64,000 nt of DNA from Auanema rhodensis. Lineage: Eukaryota > Animalia > Nematoda. Of this stretch, positions 25,501-40,303 are shown piece by piece. The notes under the pieces are model-generated. The model worked only from the letters and a program-made list of their open reading frames with translations. It was not told the origin of the DNA and searched no databases. The position numbers and the translations under genes are program-made. The stretch lies in the NCBI GenBank assembly GCA_964057225.1, contig OZ059894.1, positions 24,304,001 through 24,368,000 of the forward strand, written 5' to 3'. How positions within the stretch are numbered: the stretch's first letter is position 1; the number at the start of each line of letters is the position of its first letter.

Positions 25501-28500
25501 AAATTTACGTGAACTTTAATTTATGCTAATTAAATGTACACGTGATGTGCACTTGGTATGTAACTCGCTTCACGTGAAAGATAAAGAGATGCGGTTTTCA
25601 AAATTAGATTCCCCATGTCCATATTAGTCTAAAAACAAATTTTTATTGATATTGGTTCATGGTAACCATGACTTTGAAATTTACGTGAACTTTAATTTAT
25701 GCTAATTAAATGTACACGTGATGTGCACTTGGTATGTAACTCGCTTCACGTGAAAGATAAAGAGATGCGGTTTTCAAAATTAGATTCCTCATGTCCATAT
25801 TAGTCTAAAAACAAATTTTTATTGATATTGGTTCATGGTAACCATGACTTTGAAATTTACGTGAACTTTAATTTATGCTAATTAAATGTACACGTGATGT
25901 GCACTTGGTATGTAACTCGTTTCACGTGAAAGATAAAGAGATGCGGTTTTCAAAATTAGATTCCCCATGTCCATATTAGTCTAAAAACAAATTTTTATTG
26001 ATATTGGTGCATGGTAACCATGACTTTGAAATTTACGTGAACTTTAATTTATGCTAATTAAATGTACACGTGATGTGCCCTTGGTATGTAACTCGCTTCA
26101 CGTGAAAGATAAAGAGATGCGGTTTTCAAAATTAGATTCCCCATGTCCATGTTAGTCTAAAAACAAATTTTTATTGATATTGGTTCATGGTAACCATGAC
26201 TTTGAAATTTACGTGAACTTTAATTTATGCTAATTAAATGTACACGTGATGTGCTCTTGGTATGTAACTCGCTTCACGTGAAAGATAAAGAGATGCGGTT
26301 TTCAAAATTAGATTCCCCATGTCCATATTAGTCTAAAAACAAATTTTTATTGATATTGGTTCATGGTAACCATGACTTTGAAATTTACGTGAACTTTAAT
26401 TTATGCTAATTAAATGTACACGTGATGTGCACTTGGTATGTAACTCGCTTCACGTGAAAGATAAAGAGATGCGGTTTTCAAAATTAGATTGCCCATGTCC
26501 ATATTAGTCTAAAAACAAATTTTTATTGATATTGGTGCATGGTAACCATGACTTTGAAATTTACGTGAACTTTAATTTATGCTAATTAAATGTACACGTG
26601 ATGTGCCCTTGGTATGTAACTCGCTTCACGTGAAAGATAAAGAGATGCGGTTTTCAAAATTAGATTCCCCATGTCCATATTAGTCTAAAAACAAATTTTT
26701 ATTGATATTGGTGCATGGTAACCATGACTTTGAAATTTACGTGAACTTTAATTTATGCTAATTAAATGTACACGTGATGTGCACTTGGTATGTAACTCGC
26801 TTCACGTGAAAGATAAAGAGATGCGGTTTTCAAAATTAGATTCCCCATGTCCATATTAGTCTAAAAACAAATTTTTATTGATATTGGTTCATGGTAACCA
26901 TGACTTTGAAATTTACGTGAACTTTAATTTATGCTAATTAAATGTACACGTGATGTGCACTTGGTATGTAACTCGCTTCACGTGAAAGATAAAGAGATGC
27001 GGTTTTCAAAATTAGATTCCCCATGTCCATATTAGTCTAAAAACAAATTTTTATTGATATTGGTGCATGGTAACCATGACTTTGAAATTTACGTGAACTT
27101 TAATTTATGCTAATTAAATGTACACGTGATGTGCACTTGGTATGTAACTCGCTTCACGTGAAAGATAAAGAGATGCGGTTTTCAAAATTAGATTCCCCAT
27201 GTCCATATTAGTCTAAAAACAAATTTTTATTGATATTGGTGCATGGTAACCATGACTTTGAAATTTACGTGAACTTTAATTTATGCTAATTAAATGTACA
27301 CGTGATGTGCACTTGGTATGTAACTCGCTTCACGTGAAAGATAAAGAGATGCGGTTTTCAAAATTAAATTTCCCATGTCCATATTAGTCTAAAAACAAAT
27401 TTTTATTGATATTGGTGCATGGTAACCATGACTTTGAAATTTACGTGAACTTTAATTTATGCTAATTAAATGTACACGTGATGTGCACTTGGTATGTAAC
27501 TCGCTTCACGTGAAAGATAAAGAGATGCGGTTTTCAAAATTAGATTCCCCATGTCCATATTAGTCTAAAAACAAATTTTTATTGATATTGGTTCATGGTA
27601 ACCATGACTTTGAAATTTACGTGAACTTTAATTTATGCTAATTAAATGTACACGTGATGTGCACTTGGTATGTAACTCGCTTCACGTTAAAGATAAAGAG
27701 ATGCGGTTTTCAAAATTAGATTCCCCATGTCCATATTAGTCTAAAAACAAATTTTTATTGATATTGGTTCATGGTAACCATGACTTTGAAATTTACGTGA
27801 ACTTTAATTTATGCTAATTAAATGTACACGTGATGTGCACTTGGTATGTAACTCGCTTCACGTTAAAGATAAAGAGATGCGGTTTTCAAAATTAGATTCC
27901 CCCTGTCCATATTAGTCTAAAAACAAATTTTTATTGATATTGGTTCATGGTAACCATGACTTTGAAATTTACGTGAACTTTAATTTATGCTAATTAAATG
28001 TACACGTGATGTGCACTTGGTATGTAACTCGCTTCACGTGAAAGATAAAGAGATGCGGTTTTCAAAATTAGATTCCTCATGTCCATATTAGTCTAAAAAC
28101 AAATTTTTATTGATATTGGTTCATGGTAACCATGACTTTGAAATTTACGTGAACTTCAATTTATGCTAATTAAATGTACACGTGATGTGCACTTGGTATG
28201 TAACTCGCTTCACGTGAAAGATGAAGAGATGCGGTTTTCAAAATTAGATTCCCTATGTCCATATTAGTCTAAAAACAAATTTTTATTGATATTGGTTCAT
28301 GGTAACCATGACTTTGAAATTTACGTGAACTTTAATTTATGCTAATTAAATGTACACGTGATGTGCACTTGGTATGTAACTCGCTTCACGTGAAAGATAA
28401 AGAGATGCGGTTTTCAAAATTAGATTCCCCATGTCCATATTAGTCTAAAAACAAATGTTTATTGATATTGGTTCATGGTAACCATGACTTTGAAATTTAC

Positions 28501-30448
28501 GTGAACTTTAATTTATGCTAATTAAATGTACACGTGATGTGCACTTGGTATGTAACTCGCTTCACGTGAAAGATAAAGAGATGCGGTTTTCAAAATTAGA
28601 TTCTTCATGTCCATATTAGTCTAAAAACAAATTTTTATTGATATTGGTTCATGGTAACCATGACTTTGAAATTTACGTGAACTTTAATTTATGCTAATTA
28701 AATGTACACGTGATGTGCACTTGGTATGTAACTCGCTTCACGTGAAAGATAAAGAGATGCGGTTTTCAAAATTAGATTCCCCATGTCCATATTAGTCTAA
28801 AAACAAATTTTTATTGATATTGGTTCATGGTAACCATGACTTTGAAATTCACGTGAACTTCAATTTATGCTAATTAAATGTACACGTGATGTGCACTTGG
28901 TATGTAACTCGCTTCACGTGAAAGATAAAGAGATGCGGTTTTCAAAATTAGATTCCCCATGTCCATATTAGTCTAAAAACAAATTTTTATTGATATTGGT
29001 TCATGGTAACCATGACTTTGAAATTTACGTGAACTTCAATTTATGCTAATTAAATGTACACGTGATGTTCACTTGGTATGTAACTCGCTTCACGTGAAAG
29101 ATAAAGAGATGCGGTTTTCAAAATTAGATTCCCCATGTCCATATTAGTCTAAAAACAAATTTTTATTGATATTGGTTCATGGTAACCATGACTTTGAACT
29201 TTACGTGAACTTTAATTTATGCTAATTAAATGTACACGTGATGTGCACTTGGTATGTAACTCGCTTCACGTGAAAGATAAAGAGATGCGGTTTTCAAAAT
29301 TAGATTCCCCATGTCCATATTAGTCTAAAAACAAATTTTTATTGATATTGGTGCATGGTAACCATGACTTTGAAATTTACGTGAACTTTAATTTATGCTA
29401 ATTAAATGTACACGTGATGTGCACTTGGTATGTAACTCGCTTCACGTGAAAGATGAAGAGATGCGGTTTTCAAAATTAGATTCCCTATGTCCATATTAGT
29501 CTAAAAACAAATTTTTATTGATATTGGTTCATGGTAACCATGACTTTGAAATTTACGTGAACTTTAATTTATGCTAATTAAATGTACACGTGATGTGCAC
29601 TTGGTATGTAACTCGCTTCACGTGAAAGATAAAGAGATGCGGTTTTCAAAATTAGATTCCCCATGTCCATATTAGTCTAAAAACAAATTTTTATTGATAT
29701 TGGTTCATGGTAACCATGACTTTGAAATTTACGTGAACTTTAATTTATGCTAATTAAATGTACACGTGATGTGCACTTGGTATGTAACTCGCTTCACGTG
29801 AAAGATAAAGAGATGCGGTTTTCAAAATTAGATTCCTCATGTCCATATTAGTCTAAAAACAAATTTTTATTGATATTGGTTCATGGTAACCATGACTTTG
29901 AAATTTACGTGAACTTTAATTTATGCTAATTAAATGTACACGTGATGTGCACTTGGTATGTAACTCGTTTCACGTGAAAGATAAAGAGATGCGGTTTTCA
30001 AAATTAGATTCCCCATGTCCATATTAGTCTAAAAACAAATTTTTATTGATATTGGTGCATGGTAACCATGACTTTGAAATTTACGTGAACTTTAATTTAT
30101 GCTAATTAAATGTACACGTGATGTGCCCTTGGTATGTAACTCGCTTCACGTGAAAGATAAAGAGATGCGGTTTTCAAAATTAGATTCCCCATGTCCATGT
30201 TAGTCTAAAAACAAATTTTTATTGATATTGGTCCATGGTAACCATGACTTTGAAATTTACGTGAACTTTAATTTATGCTAATTAAATGTACACGTGATGT
30301 GCTCTTGGTATGTAACTCGCTTCACGTGAAAGATAAAGAGATGCGGTTTTCAAAATTAGATTCCCCATGTCCATATTAGTCTAAAAACAAATTTTTATTG
30401 ATATTGGTTCATGGTAACCATGACTTTGAAATTTACGTGAACTTCAAT
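19537..30448. repeat. 23-monomer duplication: expanded copy 19537-26400 (39 monomers) and compact copy 26401-30448
   Basis: Both copies begin with a G91+G137 monomer. T29 (GATGTTCAC 25016/29064), T48, G103 and T31 recur at 4048 bp (23x176). Confidence 0.88.
21473..24640. repeat. 9-monomer (1584 bp) tandem duplication
   Basis: CTTCATG at 22971/24555. G121, T56+C95 and the doubled T93+C173 monomers all recur at 1584 bp. Confidence 0.9.
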
Positions 30449-33400
30449 TTATGCTAATTAAATGTACACGTGATGTGCACTTGGTATGTAACTCGCTTCA
30501 CGTGAAAGATGAAGAGATGCGGTTTTCAAAATTAGATTCCCTATGTCCATATTAGTCTAAAAACAAATTTTTATTGATATTGGTTCATGGTAACCATGAC
30601 TTTGAAATTTACGTGAACTTTAATTTATGCTAATTAAATGTACACGTGATGTGCACTTGGTATGTAACTCGCTTCACGTGAAAGATAAAGAGATGCGGTT
30701 TTCAAAATTAGATTCCCCATGTCCATATTAGTCTAAAAACAAATTTTTATTGATATTGGTGCATGGTAACCATGACTTTGAAATTTACGTGAACTTTAAT
30801 TTATGCTAATTAAATGTACACGTGATGTGCACTTGGTATGTAACTCGCTTCACGTGAAAGATGAAGAGATGCGGTTTTCAAAATTAGATTCCCTATGTCC
30901 ATATTAGTCTAAAAACAAATTTTTATTGATATTGGTTCATGGTAACCATGACTTTGAAATTTACGTGAACTTTAATTTATGCTAATTAAATGTACACGTG
31001 ATGGGCACTTGGTATGTAACTCGCTTCACGTGAAAGATAAAGAGATGCGGTTTTCAAAATTAGATTCCCCATGTCCATATTAGTCTAAAAACAAATTTTG
31101 ATTGATATTGGTGCATGGTAACCATGACTTTGAAATTTACGTGAACTTCAATTTATGCTAATTAAATGTACACGTGATGTGCACTTGGTATGTAACTCGC
31201 TTCACGTGAAAGATGAAGAGATGCGGTTTTCAAAATTAGATTCCCTATGTCCATATTAGTCTAAAAACAAATTTTTATTGATATTGGTTCATGGTAACCA
31301 TGACTTTGAAATTCACGTGAACTTTAATTTATGCTAATTAAATGTACACGTGATGTGCACTTGGTATGTAACTCGCTTCACGTGAAAGATAAAGAGATGC
31401 GGTTTTCAAAATTAGATTCCCCATGTCCATGTTAGTCTAAAAACAAATTTCTATTGATATTGGTGCATGGTAACCATGACTTTGAAATTTACGTGAACTT
31501 TAATTTATGCTAATTAAATGTACACGTGATGTGCACTTGGTATGTAACTCGCTTCACGTGAAAGATAAAAAGATGCGGTTTTCAAAATTAAATTTCCCAT
31601 GTCCATATTAGTCTAAAAAAAAATTTTTATTGATATTGGTGCATGGTAACCATGACTTTGAAATTTACGTGAACTTTAATTTATGCTAATTAAATGTACA
31701 CGTGATGTGCACTTGGTATGTAACTCGCTTCACGTGAAAGATAAAGAGATGCGGTTTTCAAATATAGATTCCCCATGTCCATATTAGTCTAAAAACAAAT
31801 TTTTATTGATATTGGTTCATGGTAACCATGACTTTGAAATTTACGTGAACTTTAATTTATGCTAATTAAATGTACACGTGATGGGCACTTGGTATGTAAC
31901 TCGCTTCACGTGAAAGATAAAGAGATGCGGTTTTCAAAATTAGATTCCCCATGTCCATATTAGTCTAAAAACAAATTTTTATTGATATTGGTGCATGGTA
32001 ACCATGACTTTGAAATTTACGTGAACTTTAATTTATGCTAATTAAATGTACACGTGATGGGCACTTGGTATGTAACTCGCTTCACGTGAAAGATAAAGAG
32101 ATGCGGTTTTCAAAATTAGATTCCCCATGTCCATATTAGTCTAAAAACAAATTTTTATTGATATTGGTGCATGGTAACCATGACTTTGAAATTTACGTGA
32201 ACTTTAATTTATGCTAATTAAATGTACACGTGATGTGCACTTGGTATGTAACTCGCTTCACGTGAAAGATAAAGAGATGCGGTTTTCAAAATTAGATTCC
32301 CCATGTCCATATTAGTCTAAAAACAAATTTTTATTGATATTGGTTCATGGTAACCATGACTTTGAAATTTACGTGAACTTTAATTTATGCTAATTAAATG
32401 TACACGTGATGTGCACTTGGTATGTAACTCGCTTCACGTGAAAGATAAAGAGATGCGGTTTTCAAAATTAGATTCCCCATGTCCATATTAGTCTAAAAAC
32501 AAATTTTTATTGATATTGGTTCATGGTAACCATGACTTTGAAATTCACGTGAACTTCAATTTATGCTAATTAAATGTACACGTGATGTGCACTTGGTATG
32601 TAACTCGCTTCACGTGAAAGATAAAGAGATGCGGTTTTCAAAATTAGATTCCCCATGTCCATATTAGTCTAAAAACAAATTTTTATTGATATTGGTTCAT
32701 GGTAACCATGACTTTGAAATTTACGTGAACTTCAATTTATGCTAATTAAATGTACACGTGATGTGCACTTGGTATGTAACTCGCTTCACGTGAAAGATAA
32801 AGAGATGCGGTTTTCAAAATTAGATTCCCCATGTCCATATTAGTCTAAAAACAAATTTTTATTGATATTGGTTCATGGTAACCATGACTTTGAACTTTAC
32901 GTGAACTTCAATTTATGCTAATTAAATGTACACGTGATGTGCACTTGGTATGTAACTCGCTTCACGTGAAAGATGAAGAGATGCGGTTTTCAAAATTAGA
33001 TTCCCTATGTCCATATTAGTCTAGAAACAAATTTTTATTGATATTGGTTCATGGTAACCATGACTTTGAAATTTACGTGAACTTTAATTTAATGCTAATT
33101 AAATATACACGTGATGTGCACTTGGTATGTAACTCGCTTCACGTGAAAGATAAAGAGATGCGGTTTTCAAAATTAGATTCCCCATGTCCATATTAGTCTA
33201 AAAACAAATTTTTATTGATATTGGTTCATGGTAACCATGACTTTGAAATTTACGTGAACTTTAATTTATGCTAATTAAATGTACACGTGATGTGCACTTG
33301 GTATGTAACTCGCTTCACGTGAAAGATAAAGAGATGCGGTTTTCAAAATTAGATTCCCCATGTCCATATTAGTCTAAAAACAAATTTTTATTGATATTGG

Positions 33401-36400
33401 TTCATGGTAACCATGACTTTGAAATTTACGTGAACTTTAATTTATGCTAATTAAATGTACACGTGATGTGCACTTGGTATGTAACTCGTTTCACGTGAAA
33501 GATAAAGAGATGCGGTTTTCAAAATTAGATTCCCCATGTCCATATTAGTCTAAAAACAAATTTTTATTGATATTGGTGCATGGTAACCATGACTTTGAAA
33601 TTTACGTGAACTTTAATTTATGCTAATTAAATGTACACGTGATGTGCCCTTGGTATGTAACTCGCTTCACGTGAAAGATAAAGAGATGCGGTTTTCAAAA
33701 TTAGATTCCCCATGTCCATATTAGTCTAAAAACAAATTTTTATTGATATTGGTTCATGGTAACCATGACTTTGAAATTTACGTGAACTTTAATTTATGCT
33801 AATTAAATGTACACGTGATGTGCTCTTGGTATGTAACTCGCTTCACGTGAAAGATAAAGAGATGCGGTTTTCAAAATTAGATTCCCCATGTCCATATTAG
33901 TCTAAAAACAAATTTTTATTGATATTGGTTCATGGTAACCATGACTTTGAAATTTACGTGAACTTCAATTTATGCTAATTAAATGTACACGTGATGTGCA
34001 CTTGGTATGTAACTCGCTTCACGTGAAAGATGAAGAGATGCGGTTTTCAAAATTAGATTCCCTATGTCCATATTAGTCTAAAAACAAATTTTTATTGATA
34101 TTGGTTCATGGTAACCATGACTTTGAAATTTACGTGAACTTTAATTTATGCTAATTAAATGTACACGTGATGTGCACTTGGTATGTAACTCGCTTCACGT
34201 GAAAGATAAAGAGATGCGGTTTTCAAAATTAGATTCCCCATGTCCATATTAGTCTAAAAACAAATTTCTATTGATATTGGTGCATGGTAACCATGACTTT
34301 GAAATTTACGTGAACTTTAATTTATGCTAATTAAATGTACACGTGATGTGCACTTGGTATGTAACTCGCTTCACGTGAAAGATAAAAAGATGCGGTTTTC
34401 AAAATTAAATTTCCCATGTCCATATTAGTCTAAAAAAAATTTTTATTGATATTGGTGCATGGTAACCATGACTTTGAAATTTACGTGAACTTTAATTTAT
34501 GCTAATTAAATGTACACGTGATGTGCACTTGGTATGTAACTCGCTTCACGTGAAAGATAAAGAGATGCGGTTTTCAAATATAGATTCCCCATGTCCATAT
34601 TAGTCTAAAAACAAATTTTTATTGATATTGGTTCATGGTAACCATGACTTTGAAATTTACGTGAACTTTAATTTATGCTAATTAAATGTACACGTGATGG
34701 GCACTTGGTATGTAACTCGCTTCACGTGAAAGATGAAGAGATGCGGTTTTCAAAATTAGATTCCCTATGTCCATATTAGTCTAAAAACAAATTTTTATTG
34801 ATATTGGTTCATGGTAACCATGACTTTGAAATTTACGTGAACTTTAATTTATGCTAATTAAATGTACACGTGATGTGCACTTGGTATGTAACTCGCTTCA
34901 CGTGAAAGATAAAGAGATGCGGTTTTCAAAATTAGATTCCCCATGTCCATATTAGTCTAAAAACAAATTTCTATTGATATTGGTGCATGGTAACCATGAC
35001 TTTGAAATTTACGTGAACTTTAATTTATGCTAATTAAATGTACACGTGATGTGCACTTGGTATGTAACTCGCTTCACGTGAAAGATAAAAAGATGCGGTT
35101 TTCAAAATTAAATTTCCCATGTCCATATTAGTCTAAAAAAAATTTTTATTGATATTGGTGCATGGTAACCATGACTTTGAAATTTACGTGAACTTTAATT
35201 TATGCTAATTAAATGTACACGTGATGTGCACTTGGTATGTAACTCGCTTCACGTGAAAGATAAAGAGATGCGGTTTTCAAATATAGATTCCCCATGTCCA
35301 TATTAGTCTAAAAACAAATTTTTATTGATATTGGTTCATGGTAACCATGACTTTGAAATTTACGTGAACTTTAATTTATGCTAATTAAATGTACACGTGA
35401 TGGGCACTTGGTATGTAACTCGCTTCACGTGAAAGATAAAGAGATGCGGTTTTCAAAATTAGATTCCCCATGTCCATATTAGTCTAAAAACAAATTTTTA
35501 TTGATATTGGTGCATGGTAACCATGACTTTGAAATTTACGTGAACTTTAATTTATGCTAATTAAATGTACACGTGATGTGCACTTGGTATGTAACTCGCT
35601 TCACGTGAAAGATAAAGAGATGCGGTTTTCAAAATTAGATTCCCCATGTCCATATTAGTCTAAAAACAAATTTTTATTGATATTGGTTCATGGTAACCAT
35701 GACTTTGAAATTTACGTGAACTTTAATTTATGCTAATTAAATGTACACGTGATGTGCACTTGGTATGTAACTCGCTTCACGTGAAAGATAAAGAGATGCG
35801 GTTTTCAAAATTAGATTCCCCATGTCCATATTAGTCTAAAAACAAATTTTTATTGATATTGGTTCATGGTAACCATGACTTTGAAATTCACGTGAACTTC
35901 AATTTATGCTAATTAAATGTACACGTGATGTGCACTTGGTATGTAACTCGCTTCACGTGAAAGATAAAGAGATGCGGTTTTCAAAATTAGATTCCCCATG
36001 TCCATATTAGTCTAAAAACAAATTTTTATTGATATTGGTTCATGGTAACCATGACTTTGAAATTTACGTGAACTTCAATTTATGCTAATTAAATGTACAC
36101 GTGATGTGCACTTGGTATGTAACTCGCTTCACGTGAAAGATAAAGAGATGCGGTTTTCAAAATTAGATTCCCCATGTCCATATTAGTCTAAAAACAAATT
36201 TTTATTGATATTGGTTCATGGTAACCATGACTTTGAACTTTACGTGAACTTCAATTTATGCTAATTAAATGTACACGTGATGTGCACTTGGTATGTAACT
36301 CGCTTCACGTGAAAGATGAAGAGATGCGGTTTTCAAAATTAGATTCCCTATGTCCATATTAGTCTAAAAACAAATTTTTATTGATATTGGTTCATGGTAA

Positions 36401-38015
36401 CCATGACTTTGAAATTTACGTGAACTTTAATTTATGCTAATTAAATATACACGTGATGTGCACTTGGTATGTAACTCGCTTCACGTGAAAGATAAAGAGA
36501 TGCGGTTTTCAAAATTAGATTCCCCATGTCCATATTAGTCTAAAAACAAATTTTTATTGATATTGGTTCATGGTAACCATGACTTTGAAATTTACGTGAA
36601 CTTTAATTTATGCTAATTAAATGTACACGTGATGTGCACTTGGTATGTAACTCGCTTCACGTGAAAGATAAAGAGATGCGGTTTTCAAAATTAGATTCCC
36701 CATGTCCATATTAGTCTAAAAACAAATTTTTATTGATATTGGTTCATGGTAACCATGACTTTGAAATTTACGTGAACTTTAATTTATGCTAATTAAATGT
36801 ACACGTGATGTGCACTTGGTATGTAACTCGTTTCACGTGAAAGATAAAGAGATGCGGTTTTCAAAATTAGATTCCCCATGTCCATATTAGTCTAAAAACA
36901 AATTTTTATTGATATTGGTGCATGGTAACCATGACTTTGAAATTTACGTGAACTTTAATTTATGCTAATTAAATGTACACGTGATGTGCCCTTGGTATGT
37001 AACTCGCTTCACGTGAAAGATAAAGAGATGCGGTTTTCAAAATTAGATTCCCCATGTCCATATTAGTCTAAAAACAAATTTCTATTGATATTGGTGCATG
37101 GTAACCATGACTTTGAAATTTACGTGAACTTTAATTTATGCTAATTAAATGTACACGTGATGTGCACTTGGTATGTAACTCGCTTCACGTGAAAGATAAA
37201 GAGATGCGGTTTTCAAATATAGATTCCCCATGTCCATATTAGTCTAAAAACAAATTTTTATTGATATTGGTTCATGGTAACCATGACTTTGAAATTTACG
37301 TGAACTTTAATTTATGCTAATTAAATGTACACGTGATGGGCACTTGGTATGTAACTCGCTTCACGTGAAAGATAAAGAGATGCGGTTTTCAAAATTAGAT
37401 TCCCCATGTCCATATTAGTCTAAAAACAAATTTTTATTGATATTGGTGCATGGTAACCATGACTTTGAAATTTACGTGAACTTTAATTTATGCTAATTAA
37501 ATGTACACGTGATGTGCACTTGGTATGTAACTCGCTTCACGTGAAAGATAAAGAGATGCGGTTTTCAAAATTAGATTCCCCATGTCCATATTAGTCTAAA
37601 AACAAATTTTTATTGATATTGGTTCATGGTAACCATGACTTTGAAATTTACGTGAACTTTAATTTATGCTAATTAAATGTACACGTGATGTGCACTTGGT
37701 ATGTAACTCGCTTCACGTGAAAGATAAAGAGATGCGGTTTTCAAAATTAGATTCCCCATGTCCATATTAGTCTAAAAACAAATTTTTATTGATATTGGTT
37801 CATGGTAACCATGACTTTGAAATTTACGTGAACTTTAATTTATGCTAATTAAATGTACACGTGATGTGCTCTTGGTATGTAACTCGCTTCACGTGAAAGA
37901 TAAAGAGATGCGGTTTTCAAAATTAGATTCCGCATGTCCATATTAGTCTAAAAACAAATTTTTATTGATATTGGTTCATGGTAACCATGACTTTGAAATT
38001 TACGTGAACTTCAAT

Positions 38016-39775
38016 TTATGCTAATTAAATGTACACGTGATGTGCACTTGGTATGTAACTCGCTTCACGTGAAAGATGAAGAGATGCGGTTTTCAAAATT
38101 AGATTCCCTATGTCCATATTAGTCTAAAAACAAATTTTTATTGATATTGGTTCATGGTAACCATGACTTTGAAATTTACGTGAACTTTAATTTATGCTAA
38201 TTAAATGTACACGTGATGTGCACTTGGTATGTAACTCGCTTCACGTGAAAGATAAAGAGATGCGGTTTTCAAAATTAGATTCCCCATGTCCATATTAGTC
38301 TAAAAACAAATTTCTATTGATATTGGTGCATGGTAACCATGACTTTGAAATTTACGTGAACTTTAATTTATGCTAATTAAATGTACACGTGATGTGCACT
38401 TGGTATGTAACTCGCTTCACGTGAAAGATAAAAAGATGCGGTTTTCAAAATTAAATTTCCCATGTCCATATTAGTCTAAAAAAAAATTTTTATTGATATT
38501 GGTGCATGGTAACCATGACTTTGAAATTTACGTGAACTTTAATTTATGCTAATTAAATGTACACGTGATGTGCACTTGGTATGTAACTCGCTTCACGTGA
38601 AAGATAAAGAGATGCGGTTTTCAAATATAGATTCCCCATGTCCATATTAGTCTAAAAACAAATTTTTATTGATATTGGTTCATGGTAACCATGACTTTGA
38701 AATTTACGTGAACTTTAATTTATGCTAATTAAATGTACACGTGATGGGCACTTGGTATGTAACTCGCTTCACGTGAAAGATAAAGAGATGCGGTTTTCAA
38801 AATTAGATTCCCCATGTCCATATTAGTCTAAAAACAAATTTTTATTGATATTGGTGCATGGTAACCATGACTTTGAAATTTACGTGAACTTCAATTTATG
38901 CTAATTAAATGTACACGTGATGTGCACTTGGTATGTAACTCGCTTCACGTGAAAGATGAAGAGATGCGGTTTTCAAAATTAGATTCCCTATGTCCATATT
39001 AGTCTAAAAACAAATTTTTATTGATATTGGTTCATGGTAACCATGACTTTGAAATTTACGTGAACTTTAATTTATGCTAATTAAATGTACACGTGATGTG
39101 CACTTGGTATGTAACTCGCTTCACGTGAAAGATAAAGAGATGCGGTTTTCAAAATTAGATTCCCCATGTCCATATTAGTCTAAAAACAAATTTCTATTGA
39201 TATTGGTGCATGGTAACCATGACTTTGAAATTTACGTGAACTTTAATTTATGCTAATTAAATGTACACGTGATGTGCACTTGGTATGTAACTCGCTTCAC
39301 GTGAAAGATAAAAAGATGCGGTTTTCAAAATTAAATTTCCCATGTCCATATTAGTCTAAAAAAAAATTTTTATTGATATTGGTGCATGGTAACCATGACT
39401 TTGAAATTTACGTGAACTTTAATTTATGCTAATTAAATGTACACGTGATGTGCACTTGGTATGTAACTCGCTTCACGTGAAAGATAAAGAGATGCGGTTT
39501 TCAAATATAGATTCCCCATGTCCATATTAGTCTAAAAACAAATTTTTATTGATATTGGTTCATGGTAACCATGACTTTGAAATTTACGTGAACTTTAATT
39601 TATGCTAATTAAATGTACACGTGATGGGCACTTGGTATGTAACTCGCTTCACGTGAAAGATAAAGAGATGCGGTTTTCAAAATTAGATTCCCCATGTCCA
39701 TATTAGTCTAAAAACAAATTTTTATTGATATTGGTGCATGGTAACCATGACTTTGAAATTTACGTGAACTTTAAT
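38016..39775. repeat. 5-monomer (880 bp) unit x2
   Basis: The pattern [G63+T94][C123+G137][A66,A87,T91,A116,G137][AAATATA][G28+G137] occurs twice. Confidence 0.85.
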
Positions 39776-40303
39776 TTATGCTAATTAAATGTACACGTGA
39801 TGTGCACTTGGTATGTAACTCGCTTCACGTGAAAGATAAAGAGATGCGGTTTTCAAAATTAGATTCCCCATGTCCATATTAGTCTAAAAACAAATTTTTA
39901 TTGATATTGGTTCATGGTAACCATGACTTTGAAATTTACGTGAACTTTAATTTATGCTAATTAAATGTACACGTGATGTGCACTTGGTATGTAACTCGCT
40001 TCACGTGAAAGATAAAGAGATGCGGTTTTCAAAATTAGATTCCCCATGTCCATATTAGTCTAAAAACAAATTTTTATTGATATTGGTTCATGGTAACCAT
40101 GACTTTGAAATTTACGTGAACTTTAATTTATGCTAATTAAATGTACACGTGATGTGCACTTGGTATGTAACTCGCTTCACGTGAAAGATAAAGAGATGCG
40201 GTTTTCAAAATTAGATTCCCCATGTCCATATTAGTCTAAAAAAAAATTTTTATTGATATTGGTGCATGGTAACCATGACTTTGAAATTTACGTGAACTTT
40301 AAT

